Positions 28,997-39,804 of a DNA stretch of 64,000 nucleotides are shown here, piece after piece (positions within the stretch are counted from its first letter, which is position 1; each line of letters starts with the position of its first letter). The notes under the pieces are model-generated. The model did no database searches. It worked only from the letters and a program-made list of their open reading frames with translations, and had not been told where the DNA came from. The DNA comes from Thermoproteota archaeon (lineage in GTDB: Archaea; Korarchaeota; Korarchaeia; B14-G2), in NCBI GenBank assembly GCA_037917675.1, contig JAVCBW010000051.1:30142-94141 (forward strand), given 5' to 3'. A program made the translations under genes and the position numbers.

Positions 28997-30270
28997 CCCA
29001 GCACCACTAGCAGAGCTAAGTAGAGTGACGAGGCTATTAAATGTATCGTCAGGAGAGGAATGAACCTCCTGAAGTACTCCCATGTCTCAACGATTACTCC
29101 CTCTTTCTTAAGCAGACCTAGTGCCACTACAGTTGATGGTGATGCAAACGGCAACATCTTCCCTCCTATGTTAGCTCCAAGTACTATACTCCACGCGAAA
29201 AGCCTATGGTCGGCGCCAGTGCTCGACGCTAGCATCTCAGTCAATGGTATCATTGTAAGCGTGACAGGTATGTTATCCATGACAGCTGAGAGCAAAGCTA
29301 CCACCCACATGCATCCCACGATAGCTACAAGCTTGCTGCTAGCTAGCAGGCTCATGGTAGCTGAGCCAAGAAGCTCCAGAGCCCCTGATCTCTCTAGCCC
29401 ACCTATTATGACGAAGAAGCCTCCTAGAAAGAAGATTGTGCTCCAGTCTATGTCTCTGAAGATCTCATCTGGGTCCTCTCCTCCCAGGATCAGCATGGCT
29501 GTAGCTCCAGCTAACGCTATCATCTCTAAGCTGGCTCCAATATGCTCCTGGAGGAAGAACAAGACTATGACTGCTGAGAATATGAGCACAGACTTGTAAA
29601 GCACCCCTCTGTCCTCTACTGCACTCCATGGATCTATGTCCTCTACACTAACCTCCCCCTTCATCATCTTCACTGAGCTAGCGAGGTAGAGTAGTGTGAC
29701 AGCTACCAGGAGCAGGACTATCGGTGCCATTGCTCTAGCGAACTCTATGAAGCCTAAGTTCAGCTCTGACGCCACTATTAAGCTTGGTATGGAGCTTATT
29801 GGCAGGAGCATCCCACCTATATCGGTCATCACAGCTTCGAAGAGGATCCACCTCTCGACATCTATCTCTACTCTTTCAGATATGGCTAGGGTCAAAGATC
29901 CCATGATGATCATCACTGCTATCTCGTTGAGGAACACTGTTAACACTGCTGTAAGCAGCTGAAATGAGATGAACAGCTTGCTAAGGCTCCCTCCAGTAGC
30001 CTTTACCACATGCAGCCCTATGAAGTGGAAGAATCTTGACCGGCTTAGCCCTTCACAGAGCACCATGGCACTCACAATGAAGACCAGCATATGTATGTCT
30101 ATTAGCTCGATGAACTCTCTTCCAGACATTATGCCTCTTCTAACTCCAAAGAACACTGTCAGCAAGAGCCCTAGTAGCGCAGCTAGGCTCCTATGGTACC
30201 TCTCTGTGATCAGCAAAAGTACTACGAGGGCAAAGATGAGCAGGAACAGAGTTTCATCTGAAACCAGCAA
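28993..30270 (-). CDS. ArsB/NhaD/SLC13-type ion or anion permease
   Basis: IDWSTIFFL.GFF...GGLE.SG, SAVMDNIP, GANIGG; multiple TM segments. Confidence 0.88.
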   Translation of the reverse strand: MLVSDETLFLLIFALVVLLLITERYHRSLAALLGLLLTVFFGVRRGIMSGREFIELIDIHMLVFIVSAMVLCEGLSRSRFFHFIGLHVVKATGGSLSKLFISFQLLTAVLTVFLNEIAVMIIMGSLTLAISERVEIDVERWILFEAVMTDIGGMLLPISSIPSLIVASELNLGFIEFARAMAPIVLLLVAVTLLYLASSVKMMKGEVSVEDIDPWSAVEDRGVLYKSVLIFSAVIVLFFLQEHIGASLEMIALAGATAMLILGGEDPDEIFRDIDWSTIFFLGGFFVIIGGLERSGALELLGSATMSLLASSKLVAIVGCMWVVALLSAVMDNIPVTLTMIPLTEMLASSTGADHRLFAWSIVLGANIGGKMLPFASPSTVVALGLLKKEGVIVETWEYFRRFIPLLTIHLIASSLYLALLVVLG

Positions 30271-30547
30271 GCTACACCTACATAGCGGAAGCTAGCTCTA
30301 TATTTTAAGCTTACTTGGACGTAGCCACATGCCAGGCTGCCTATCTGCTGCAAGCCCCATAAGAACTCCTGCCTTAAGCATGCTTTCAGAGGCTTTCACT
30401 AGAATGCTATAGGCTGCAGCTCAGTAGCCATCTAGCAGGAGCAGGTGTGCCATAGGTGCTCTGCTAGAGCTTTAACTAGAGCCTTTAATCTCCTTTGCTC
30501 TACATGCTGCTACGGTTTATAAGCATAAGCTAGTAGGGGGTTTGGTT

Positions 30548-31000
30548 TGAGTTTGGGGATAGAGGCGAAGTGCTCGAGGAGCTTAGGGAGTCCATATCTC
30601 TCTTCATGAGGAAGTATGGTGGGAACAGGAGCAGGCTTCTAAATGCTCTTAGGGAGCTTGAGCTGGAGGGATCACCTGAGGTGTGGAATTCATTCTGATG
30701 GTCAGGCACCCTAGGCTCTATGAGAATAGGGTTTAGACTATGGCCTATGGTGTTCTGATGGTGTTTGTAGCTGCAGTGTTTTTCATCCTAGGGTTTATCC
30801 TTGTGACCCCAGTATACTCTATGGGAGCTTCCTCTCCTGCTGTCACAGCTCATGAACTACACGTCTTCATTTAGTCCAAGAGGGCTTAACCTCTTAATCA
30901 TACTTCTGGGGCATGCGTGTATAGTTGTCTCGCTTCTAGTGCTCAAGTCTGCTGGCGAAAGCCTCAGGATCTCAGGTATGCTGCCCTAAGTGGTTAAGAT
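30548..31000 (+). pseudogene. Possible decayed small and membrane-protein ORF(s)
   Basis: TATA near 30517; frame-broken fragments DRGEVLEELRESISLFMRKY... and MAYGVLMVFVAAVFFILGFILV... Confidence 0.3.
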
Positions 31001-31139
31001 GAAGCTTGAAGCCCTGCAGCCTGTGGTAATGCTGCTGAGGAGCTCTCCTCCAATGACCTTCATAGCTCTCTGCGATCCTGCTGGTGCTCTTCACGCTGTC
31101 CTCTGCGATTCTCATGGCAGACCACCTTGAGTACATTGG

Positions 31140-32930
31140 TTACTAGCCTTAAGACCTAGACTAAAGCTGCTAGCTGAGCCCAGGAAGATATATAGGTTCC
31201 CTACAAGCATAGCTATCGGAATAGGCTCGACGATAGGCACCTCAACGTTCGTAGCTATACCTATAGCCACTTACAGGTATGGCTTCACGACAGTACTTGG
31301 CTTGCACTAGGAGCCCTAGCTTCAGCTCTCCTAGCTGTAGGCTATAGCAAGATGTTCCAGCTGATGGAAGTCGGTGAAGAAGAGGTTCCAGTTGGAGGCC
31401 TGCATTCGTGAAGTCGGCCTTCAGGAATGGTGCACTCTACTTCACAGCTAGATTCAACCTATGAATAGCGAACACAGCTCTCTCAGCATTCAACATCCTG
31501 ATGTTCTACTCCTCCACTCTTCACACTCTCCCACTCGCGCTGAGAGAGCTCAACATGCAGAGGTACTCAACTCTCATGGTCTCTGCTTTGCTTCTCTCTT
31601 TTTCAATATGGTTCTTTTTCAGCTTACTCTATAGGGAAAGATGCTTAAGAGGGTTCATGTGGTTTCAGGTAGTTTTAGTCTCTCTCCTCCTGACAATACT
31701 CTTCAAGCACGCTATATCGCTCGCCTACATGAGAGCTGGATGCCTGAGCCTCTCAGGCAGCATCCTGGAGCTGAAGCGTGAGCCCTGGAGCATCCTCTTT
31801 GCAGCAGCATACACGTACCTGCTGATGTTCGGCTTCCAGGAGATACAGTCTATAAGCAACGAGATGAGAGAGGAGATAGAGATTCCACTGGTCTCAAGGA
31901 TGTCTAAGAGGCTTAAGGGCGTTAAGAAGAGCGTTTTCGCAGGGTATGCTATGGGAGCTACCGTGCTCGTATCCGCAGCTTTCTTCATGCTATATGCTCC
32001 TGGTGTGACAGGAGTCAGCTTCAAACCTGAGGGGGTCTCAGCTATAACCATAGCTCTAGAGGCTATAGGTGCTAGGGAGGCTTCTCTCGTCTCCCTAGCA
32101 TTCATGTCTGCGATACTCACGACATTTGTCCCAGCTTACATAACTGCCTCAAAGCAGCTTGAGAAGCTGATAGAGGACACTAAGCTTCCGAGGGGGATCA
32201 AGGGGGGTTCAGCTGGCTGTTTACCTTGATAGCTGTAGGGATGCTAGCAACAAGCAATGCTGACTTCCTGATTAGACAACAGACTTCTCAGTCCTGATAT
32301 CGATGGCTCTGATAGCTCTCTCTGAAGTCAGCGTCTCAAGCTGGACAGGCAAGAGGTCTGCTGTAAGGCCTGTAGCGGTCTCAGCCATGTTTCTCATAGT
32401 AGCATCCAGCTTTTACCTCTTTGATGTCAGGATAGTAGACTATGGCATAGCTTACATATTCATAGCATGGTTCATCTTCACACCCCATAAAACAGGGCGA
32501 CTGCTTTATTAAGCTCTTTCTGATAGCAGTAGCTGCCATAACATACTTCTTGCTAGCTCCAGCTCTGACGGCAGGGCCTGAAGTAGCAAGCTGCTAGCAA
32601 GGTTCACAGACTTCCCTATAATGATCATGGCTGTGTTTGCAGCTTCATTAGCATATAACTACTTGAGGAGAGCTGACTTCAGCTATAGCATAGGGCTTGC
32701 TAGGAAGATGGTGTCAAGAGTTCTAGGATTCCTGCTGTCGAAATGGAACCTACCTAAGGAAGTATAGGAGGAGCAGGCTGACTTCCAGTAGATATCAGCT
32801 CATAGACCTAGCTATAAAGCTCGAGTCTATAAGAGACGTAAACCCAGAGCTATATAGGAGGCTTTCTGCAATACTAAGCTCTGAGCTAAAAGAGGTGGAA
32901 GAGCAGGCTGTTATCTGAAGTCTACATAAG
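31140..32930 (+). pseudogene. Multiply frameshifted APC-family permease
   Basis: IAIGIGSTIGTSTF (APC TM1) before a stop; ORF 31501-32229 with MFGFQEIQS..E (TM6-like); further hydrophobic fragments to about 32930. Confidence 0.65.
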
Positions 32931-32931
32931 C

Positions 32932-33789
32932 TCACTTGCTGCTTAATGATGTCAGCATCCTATAGAAGGACTTATATGCCATGGACAGCTCCTTCTCGTC
33001 CCAGGTTCTAGCCTTAATGACCTCGCTTTCAACATGCTCCGTGTTCTTCAGCTTGCTCTTTAGTTCAGCTAGCTCCTCTATAATGCTGTCTATGATCTCA
33101 GGCATGTACTTGCTTTCACAAAGTAAGTCTGCATACAGGGATGGGCTCTGTGACAGGAGAGCCTTAGCCAGTGTCAGCTGGATCCTATAGGATGTCCCAG
33201 AGAGAGCCTCCAGCTCACCTAGGTCTCTTGGATGGAGCTTAGCTAACATGAGATTGAGGAGGTAGACCAGTGAGATTGTGTAGCTTACTGTCCTATCGTG
33301 GGTTTCCAAGTCGACTACGATGAGCTTGCAGTCTGGGAAGAGGCTCCTAGCCAGCTTAAGCTCCTCGCTTGAGTCTAGCACCGGTATGACAGCTACCTTC
33401 TCTCCTCTAAGCGAGCTGACTCCAGGACCGAATAGCGGGTGTATAGAGAGCAGCCTGACATCAGGCCTCTCTTCAAGCTCTACCTTGGCCCTGCTGAGAA
33501 CCCTATGCTTCAAAGACGATATTTCAGCTATCACAGCCTCTGCCCTAGCTAGCCTGATAGCCTTAGCTGTGACGTCTGGTGCAGCTCTCATAGGCACTGA
33601 GATCAGGACCACCTCCATCTTAGCTGCCTCCTCAAAGCTCTCTGCAGCCTCAGCTCCAAGCTTCTCTGCCAGCCTCTCAGCTTTCTCAGCTTCTATGTCA
33701 TATAAGAGCAGGCTGAAGCCCCTCTCCCTGAAGTAGCTTGCTAGCCTACACCCCATTGCTCCTACTCCAATTATGCTGATCAAGTGCAC
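32932..33789 (-). CDS. tyrA: Prephenate/arogenate dehydrogenase
   Basis: IIGVGAMG, EISSLK, SIHPLFGP, HD...Y...L. Confidence 0.9.
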   Translation of the reverse strand: MHLISIIGVGAMGCRLASYFRERGFSLLLYDIEAEKAERLAEKLGAEAAESFEEAAKMEVVLISVPMRAAPDVTAKAIRLARAEAVIAEISSLKHRVLSRAKVELEERPDVRLLSIHPLFGPGVSSLRGEKVAVIPVLDSSEELKLARSLFPDCKLIVVDLETHDRTVSYTISLVYLLNLMLAKLHPRDLGELEALSGTSYRIQLTLAKALLSQSPSLYADLLCESKYMPEIIDSIIEELAELKSKLKNTEHVESEVIKARTWDEKELSMAYKSFYRMLTSLSSK

Positions 33790-35125
33790 ACCTCAGCTTA
33801 GCTAGGCCTTCTCTAAGCTCTTCTTCTCTGATCGAGTATGTTATCCTCAGGTACCTAGCGTATTCTTCTCCGAAGCCTGAGCCAGGTGCCACTGCAACCC
33901 CCCATTCACGTAAAAGCTTCCTCGCGAACTCTATGCTGCTGAACTCTTCTAACATGACTTCCGGGAACAGGTATATCCCGCCATCTGGCTTATAGTAGCT
34001 GAGTGGAGCTGAAGCAAGCTCTGCCTCAGCTAGCTCAAGTAGCCTTCTAAGCTTCACCTTGTTCTGCTCGTCTGCCTTTGTTTCGAGAGCTGCCTCAGCT
34101 GCCCTCTGGATGAATGGTGGCACACATGTTACTGCAAGAGACTGCACTTTAGCTATCTTCTCGACCATGCTTGGGCTGCTGACTACTAATCCAGCTCTAA
34201 AGCCTGCCATTCCAAACGCCTTAGAAAGTGAGGTCACATAGACTACCTTACTGCAGCTAGTATGTAGCGCTGAGCTATGTTCTCTGAAGCTGAGCCACCC
34301 ATAGGTTTCATCAGAGAGCAGTATTGCATCCTGCTTCTCAGCTTCCTCAGCTATATGCTCCAGCTCACCTCTGTCTAGCGATCTACCAGTAGGGTTATCT
34401 GGGTTGCAGACTATGATGAAGTCTGCTTCAGGGATCTCTGTGATGCTCCAGTCTTCCTCAAGCCTCCTAACAGATCCGACCACGATGGCTTTCAGCCTAG
34501 CTGCTATCTCAGTGAAGGCAGGCCAGCTTGGCTTAAAGACTAGGATCCTAGAGCCTAGTCCAGCTAGCGCAGCCATGCTAGCATAGACTCCCATCTTAGC
34601 TCCAGGTGTCAGAGCTATGTTCTCAGCCTTGAGATCTACTCCAAGCCTCTCACCTAGAAGCTCAGCTACCTTAGCTCTGACGTCAGGGAGCCCAGCTGCA
34701 GGTGTATACCTGAACTCCCCCCTCTCAATAGAGCTGACTGCTGCCTCCAGAGCCTCCCTAGGGGGGGTAAAGCATGTCTCACCGACATCAAGCCTTATGG
34801 CATTGCTTACCATGCCTGCCTGCCTAACCAGGCTGTAGAATGGGCTCTCAGACTCCTCCAACATGAAGCCCTGTGCTCTCCTCCCCTGAGACAGCAAGAC
34901 TGAGAGTATTTCGAGCGCAAACTCCCTTGGAACCCCCTCTTCACCAGCTACCTTCACCGCTGCCCTAGCTAGCTCAATCTCCCTCTCAGGGTCATATATG
35001 CTGAGGCCGAGCTCACGCTTGGCTCCCCCAAGCTCTGAAGCTAGCTTAGCTCTAGCTGCAGCCAGCTTCAGTATCCTGATGGTGGCCTCCTCTATCCTAC
35101 TTCTGAGCTCTAGCATATGCTCCAC
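33746..35125 (-). CDS. Chorismate mutase (AroQ) fused to a class I/II aminotransferase
   Basis: N-terminal LRSRI....I..L...R..LA..LG..K......IYDPERE; C-terminal YT..AG, TPGAK, NPDNPTG, SDETY, SLSKAFGMAGFRAG. Confidence 0.88.
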   Translation of the reverse strand: MEHMLELRSRIEEATIRILKLAAARAKLASELGGAKRELGLSIYDPEREIELARAAVKVAGEEGVPREFALEILSVLLSQGRRAQGFMLEESESPFYSLVRQAGMVSNAIRLDVGETCFTPPREALEAAVSSIERGEFRYTPAAGLPDVRAKVAELLGERLGVDLKAENIALTPGAKMGVYASMAALAGLGSRILVFKPSWPAFTEIAARLKAIVVGSVRRLEEDWSITEIPEADFIIVCNPDNPTGRSLDRGELEHIAEEAEKQDAILLSDETYGWLSFREHSSALHTSCSKVVYVTSLSKAFGMAGFRAGLVVSSPSMVEKIAKVQSLAVTCVPPFIQRAAEAALETKADEQNKVKLRRLLELAEAELASAPLSYYKPDGGIYLFPEVMLEEFSSIEFARKLLREWGVAVAPGSGFGEEYARYLRITYSIREEELREGLAKLRCALDQHNWSRSNGV

Positions 35126-36224
35126 CTAAAACCGGAGGGATGAAGCCTGCTCTGATAGCGTGGTCTGCTAGGACTATAGCTGTAACAGCTTCAACTACTG
35201 GAGCAGCTCTAGGTGCTAGGCAGGCATCATGTCTCCCAGCTACCCTGATCTCAGTTTCCCTCATTGCCTCCAAGTCAACTGTCATCTGAGGTTTAGCTAT
35301 AGAGGATGGAGGCTTGAATACAGCTCTGAAGAGAACTGGCCCTCCAGTGCTAAGTCCTCCAAGCACACCTCCACAGTTGTTTGTCAGCGTCAAGACTCTT
35401 CCATCTCGTATGGTGTACTGGTCATTGCTCTCAGAACCTCGCATCTCAGCTAGCCTAAAGCCAGCTCCAAATTCGATGCCCTTCAAGGCTGGTATTGAGA
35501 AAAGTGCTTTGCTTAAGTCTGATTCAAGCGAGCTGAAGACAGGCTCTCCAAGCCCAGGTGGAAGCCCCTCTACAACACACTCTACGATGCCACCTAGGCT
35601 ATCTCCTTCGTCTCTCGCTTCAGCTACAAGCTTCTCCATATCCCTAGCTGCCTCTAGGTCTGGTGCTCTCATGCTATTAGAGTACACTATCCTCCTCAGC
35701 TCTCTGAGGCTTACAGCTGGAGGCTCAGCTTTAACCCAGCCGACCTGAGTCACATAAGCTAGGATCTCTACTCTAAGCGTGTATCTAAGAAGCTTCTTAG
35801 CTACAGCTCCAGCCATAACGAACCCTACTGTGATCCTTCCAGAGAACCTTCCCCCTCCTCTCGGGTCATTGAAGCCCTTGTACTTGACCCAAGCTGGGTA
35901 GTCTGCATGTCCAGGTCTAGGCTTCATGGCATTAGCTAGATACCAGCTTGAGTCAAAATCCATGTTCTCGACTAGCATAGCTATTGGAGCTCCAGTAGTA
36001 TAACCCCTATAGACTCCTGAGAGCAGCTTTACCTCATCTCTCTCAGCTCTAGCAGTTGAAGCAGTGGTGTTAGCTGGCTTCCTCAAGTCAACTTCCCTCT
36101 GGATGTCCTCTCTAGCTAGCGGGAGCCCAGCTGGACACCCATCTACAACAGCTCCTATAGCTGGCCCATGGCTCTCGCCGAAGCTCACTACAACAAACCT
36201 CTCTCCTAGGATGCTGCCAGTCAA
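35097..36224 (-). CDS. aroC: Chorismate synthase
   Basis: FGESHG, RPGHAD, GGGRFSGR, DSLGG, NNCGG.LGG, FKPPSSI, GRHD. Confidence 0.97.
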   Translation of the reverse strand: MTGSILGERFVVVSFGESHGPAIGAVVDGCPAGLPLAREDIQREVDLRKPANTTASTARAERDEVKLLSGVYRGYTTGAPIAMLVENMDFDSSWYLANAMKPRPGHADYPAWVKYKGFNDPRGGGRFSGRITVGFVMAGAVAKKLLRYTLRVEILAYVTQVGWVKAEPPAVSLRELRRIVYSNSMRAPDLEAARDMEKLVAEARDEGDSLGGIVECVVEGLPPGLGEPVFSSLESDLSKALFSIPALKGIEFGAGFRLAEMRGSESNDQYTIRDGRVLTLTNNCGGVLGGLSTGGPVLFRAVFKPPSSIAKPQMTVDLEAMRETEIRVAGRHDACLAPRAAPVVEAVTAIVLADHAIRAGFIPPVLGGAYARAQK

Positions 36225-37489
36225 CCTACCACCTCAACTCTGCCTCCAAGCCTCAAGATGTCCTTGAGGAAGCTTGGATAGGAGTCTGCTATGCATTCAA
36301 CTCCCCTGATCAAGTTTGCTTCATCTAGGCTTAGAGATAAGGCTATCAATGCCATCGCTATCCTATGATCCCCCCAAGAGCTCAGCGTTTGCCCCCCTCT
36401 CAGCTCTCCTCCCTCTATCACAAGCCTCTCTTCTTCAGCATGTGCTTCAGCACCAAGCTTGGAGAGCTCTGAAGCCAGTGCTGCAGCTCTATCAGACTCC
36501 TTTATCCTAGTGTGCTCAATGCCCTCTAGGATCGTCCTGCCAGGTGCCTTAGCTGCAAGCACAGCTAGTGCAGGCAGAAGGTCTGGTGTGTCTCTAAGGT
36601 TCAGTCTAGCAGCTCTAGGGCTAAAGCCATGCACTATGATGCTCTCCTCTCTATACTCTATGTCTACTCCAAGCTCCCTAAAGTACTGTATGAAGGCTGA
36701 GTCGCCTTGAGGGTAGGTTAAGTTGAGCCCCTTCACCCTGACTCTCGACTCAGTGAGAGCTGCTGCAGCAGCTAGCAGAGCTGCTAGTGAGAAGTCTCCT
36801 GGGACTCTGAAGCAAGCTGGCTTTAGCAGCTGCCTAGGTGGCACAACATACCCCCAGCTTCTCTCCTCTATGCTTCCTCCAAACCACCTCACTACATGCA
36901 CTGTCATCTCGACATATGGCTTTGAGACGAGCCTAATAGGCTTGAGCCTCACCTCACTTCTAGCCCAGAGCGATGCAACTATCATCGCAGACAGGAACTG
37001 AGATGAAAGCCTGCTATCAACCTCAGCTTCTCCTCCAGCTAGCCCACAGCCCTCTACTAGAACTGGCAGCTTCCCTCCTCCAATAGACCATGCTCTCCCA
37101 CCAAGCTCGCGTATAGCAAGGATTAAGGGCTCCATGGGCCTTCTTCTCAGGCTTCTAGAGCCAGTCACCAGGGTGAAGCCTCCAGTGGCATGGGAGGCAA
37201 CTGCAGTGATGAACCTGGCAGTAGTCCCAGAGCTCCTAGCGTCTAGCATGCTAAATGGAGCTCTAAGCTCCCCACCGAGCACTACTACTTCACTTGCTGC
37301 TCTCACCTTAGCTCCGAGCTTCATGCAGCAGTGCAGAGTAGCCTCTGTATCTCTACAGTACAGTGGGTTCATCACTTTAGACCTGCCTGCTGCCATTGAG
37401 GCCAAGACTATAGCTCTATGCGTATAGCTCTTGCTAGGTGGAGCCTTGACTGAGCCAGATAGCTTACTTCCATACACTATAGCGTCCAG
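36221..37489 (-). CDS. aroA: EPSP synthase
   Basis: PPSKSYTHR, SGTTARF, LRRRPM, SSQFLS, R.KESDR, DHRIAMA, SYPSF. Start is CTG 37489 or GTG 37477. Confidence 0.95.
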   Translation of the reverse strand: MDAIVYGSKLSGSVKAPPSKSYTHRAIVLASMAAGRSKVMNPLYCRDTEATLHCCMKLGAKVRAASEVVVLGGELRAPFSMLDARSSGTTARFITAVASHATGGFTLVTGSRSLRRRPMEPLILAIRELGGRAWSIGGGKLPVLVEGCGLAGGEAEVDSRLSSQFLSAMIVASLWARSEVRLKPIRLVSKPYVEMTVHVVRWFGGSIEERSWGYVVPPRQLLKPACFRVPGDFSLAALLAAAAALTESRVRVKGLNLTYPQGDSAFIQYFRELGVDIEYREESIIVHGFSPRAARLNLRDTPDLLPALAVLAAKAPGRTILEGIEHTRIKESDRAAALASELSKLGAEAHAEEERLVIEGGELRGGQTLSSWGDHRIAMALIALSLSLDEANLIRGVECIADSYPSFLKDILRLGGRVEVVG

Positions 37490-38337
37490 GCTTCTCCCCT
37501 CAGGCTGGAGTTTACTCTAGTCAACAAGACTCTACAGCCTGAGCTTGCCCACTTCTCTCTAACCTCCTCAGCTACGCTGCTGCTGCACACAGCGTAGAGG
37601 CTTGGGCCGGTCCCTGAGACTCCAGCTGCTAGCGCTCCAAGCTCCATCGCCTTAAGCGCTGGCTTGAAGTCTATGCCTAGCAGAGCTGAGACAGCTAACC
37701 CATTTATCAGCGCTGCCTCCTGCCACTCTCCGCTCAAGGTGAGCTCATAGGCCTTCCTAAACACCTTACTAAGAGCTCTCATCTTCTCTACGCTTACGCT
37801 AGCGGTGTACAGCTTCCTCTCTGGCACAAGTATCACGACACTTCTCTCCTCAACATGCCAGCGGCTGACGACCTCCCCAGCCTTGTTGTCTGCTGCAACG
37901 AGCCCGCCTAAGAGGGATGCTGCCGAGTCGTCTAGAGCACCAGTCACTGAGACCTCTGCTCTAAGCTGGGCTTCAGCTGAGAGACTTAGCACATCATGGG
38001 GCCTAAGCTTCCTGCCTAGTGCAGCTGCAGTCGCCATGATGACAGCGTTGGCAGCTGCACTAGAGCTCTTAAGCCCTCTTGCAGGAGGTATCTCAGACCA
38101 GGTCTCTATGTGAGCTCCAGCATCATGCTCCCCTAGCCTCCTGAGTGTGAGCTTAGCTGCCTCGATCACTAGCCTCGTGCTCTCACCTGGTGTGCTGAGC
38201 AGCTTAGCTGAGAAGCTTCCACTTGTCAGCTCTACCCTAGCCTCAGTCTTGAGTCTCACTCCTAGTGCAGCTCCCTTCCAAGCTGGTATCGCGTTGACTA
38301 TGGTGACTGCCCCATAGGCTCTAGCTGCTGCTTTCAA
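37477..38337 (-). CDS. aroK: Archaeal (GHMP-type) shikimate kinase
   Basis: GAVTIVNAI, SEIP...GLKSSSAAANA, TGALDD, GVSGTGPS. Confidence 0.93.
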   Translation of the reverse strand: MKAAARAYGAVTIVNAIPAWKGAALGVRLKTEARVELTSGSFSAKLLSTPGESTRLVIEAAKLTLRRLGEHDAGAHIETWSEIPPARGLKSSSAAANAVIMATAAALGRKLRPHDVLSLSAEAQLRAEVSVTGALDDSAASLLGGLVAADNKAGEVVSRWHVEERSVVILVPERKLYTASVSVEKMRALSKVFRKAYELTLSGEWQEAALINGLAVSALLGIDFKPALKAMELGALAAGVSGTGPSLYAVCSSSVAEEVREKWASSGCRVLLTRVNSSLRGEAWTL

Positions 38338-39133
38338 GCTCAGCCACCACAGCCTTCATCATATCGTCTACTGGGGGCTCGAAGCCAGTCCATATTCTGA
38401 AAGCTTCTGCCCCCTGAGCTACAAGCACCTCCACTCCAGGTATGGGCTTAGCTCCAGCTGCCTCAGCCTCTCTAAGCAGCGGTGTCTTCAGGGGCCTATA
38501 GACCAGATCGAGTACAGCCTGATGCCTTCTCAGGAGGCTTCTGTCGACTAGAGTACTCTCCCCATCCATGCCGACTGGTGTAGCATTGACCACGAGGTCA
38601 GCTCTAGGGATGTGCTCTCTGAGCGACCTCCTACTGAGCTCAGCTGGTGTAGCTGGCATCCTCTCAGCTAGCCTCCTAGCTCTGGCTAGCGTCCTATTGA
38701 GGACGGTGACCTCAGCTCCAAGCTCAGCTAGGCAGTAGACTACAGCCTTAGCTGCCCCACCAGCTCCGAGAACTACAGCTCTCCTAGCTTCCACACCAGC
38801 CTTCTCTAGCGCCACCCTTACGCCAGCTACATCAGTATTATATCCAGCGAGCCTGCCTCCTACATTGACTACAGTATTGACTGCTCCAATAATCTCGGCT
38901 TCCCTGCTGACTTCATCCAAGTACTCCAGAATAGCTTCCTTCAGAGGCATGGTGACGTTGAACCCCCCCACATCTGGTCTTCTAAGCGTCTCGGCTGCTT
39001 CAGGCAGCTGGCTAGCCCTGACTTCGATGGCCTCATAGCGGTAAGGTAGCTTAAGCTTCCTGAAAGCTGTGTTATGCATTAGAGGCGACAGGGAGTGGGA
39101 TACTGGGCTACCTATCAGATAGAAGGTCTTCAA
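38321..39133 (-). CDS. aroE: Shikimate dehydrogenase
   Basis: HSLSP.MHN, NVTMP.K, GAVNT, NTD, GAGGAA, NATPVG, DLVY.P. Confidence 0.96.
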   Translation of the reverse strand: MKTFYLIGSPVSHSLSPLMHNTAFRKLKLPYRYEAIEVRASQLPEAAETLRRPDVGGFNVTMPLKEAILEYLDEVSREAEIIGAVNTVVNVGGRLAGYNTDVAGVRVALEKAGVEARRAVVLGAGGAAKAVVYCLAELGAEVTVLNRTLARARRLAERMPATPAELSRRSLREHIPRADLVVNATPVGMDGESTLVDRSLLRRHQAVLDLVYRPLKTPLLREAEAAGAKPIPGVEVLVAQGAEAFRIWTGFEPPVDDMMKAVVAELESSS

Positions 39134-39800
39134 GTCTAGTAGCCTCCACTAGCTCTATTAGCTCGCTTGCTGTGAGCTGCCCTTCAGCTGTAGCCTCACC
39201 TGGAAGGCACACATACGTGTATGGTGCTCCAGCCATGAGGCATAGGACACGTGACAGCACTCCCATGCTACCTGAGCAAAATGCTACCAGGTTCCCAGCT
39301 ATCCTCCTATATAGCCTGAGCACTCCTAGGTTATCAGCCAACCTACTTGCTTTCGGGACTAACTTAGCAGCCCAAGCTATCTCAAGCCCCCTTCTAGCTA
39401 TGCTCTCGAGTAAGCTAGCTTCTGGAGTGTAGCTGCTGTGCCATGAGGCAACTAGCAGAACTCCTTCAGTCTTCGCTTTGTCAGCTAGCTCCCTCCTCCT
39501 CTCAAGTGTATGGAGCTCTATGTCAACTGCCATAGGCTTAGCTTCAATCAGCTTCAATAGGAGCCTAGCTCTCTCATCCTCTGTCACGCTCCTTGCTCCC
39601 CCCTCAAGCCAGCTCCTATATGTCAAAAGGATGTTATCATATGATCTTGCAGCATCTCTCGCTGCCAGCTCAGCCTCACTGGGGGGCATGTAGTCAAGCC
39701 TCACCTCCACTAGAAGTGGAGTGTATTTCTGAGCTTCCTGAACTCTAGCTAGAGCATCCTCTCTGCTCTCAGCTCTAACTGAGACGCAGATCCTCCTCAA
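39108..39800 (-). CDS. aroD: Type I 3-dehydroquinate dehydratase
   Basis: VEVRLDY, TYR...EGG, DIEL, SWH...TP, K, G.LSR, TA.GQ. Confidence 0.9.
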   Translation of the reverse strand: MRRICVSVRAESREDALARVQEAQKYTPLLVEVRLDYMPPSEAELAARDAARSYDNILLTYRSWLEGGARSVTEDERARLLLKLIEAKPMAVDIELHTLERRRELADKAKTEGVLLVASWHSSYTPEASLLESIARRGLEIAWAAKLVPKASRLADNLGVLRLYRRIAGNLVAFCSGSMGVLSRVLCLMAGAPYTYVCLPGEATAEGQLTASELIELVEATRLEDLLSDR

Positions 39801-39804
39801 GCGA

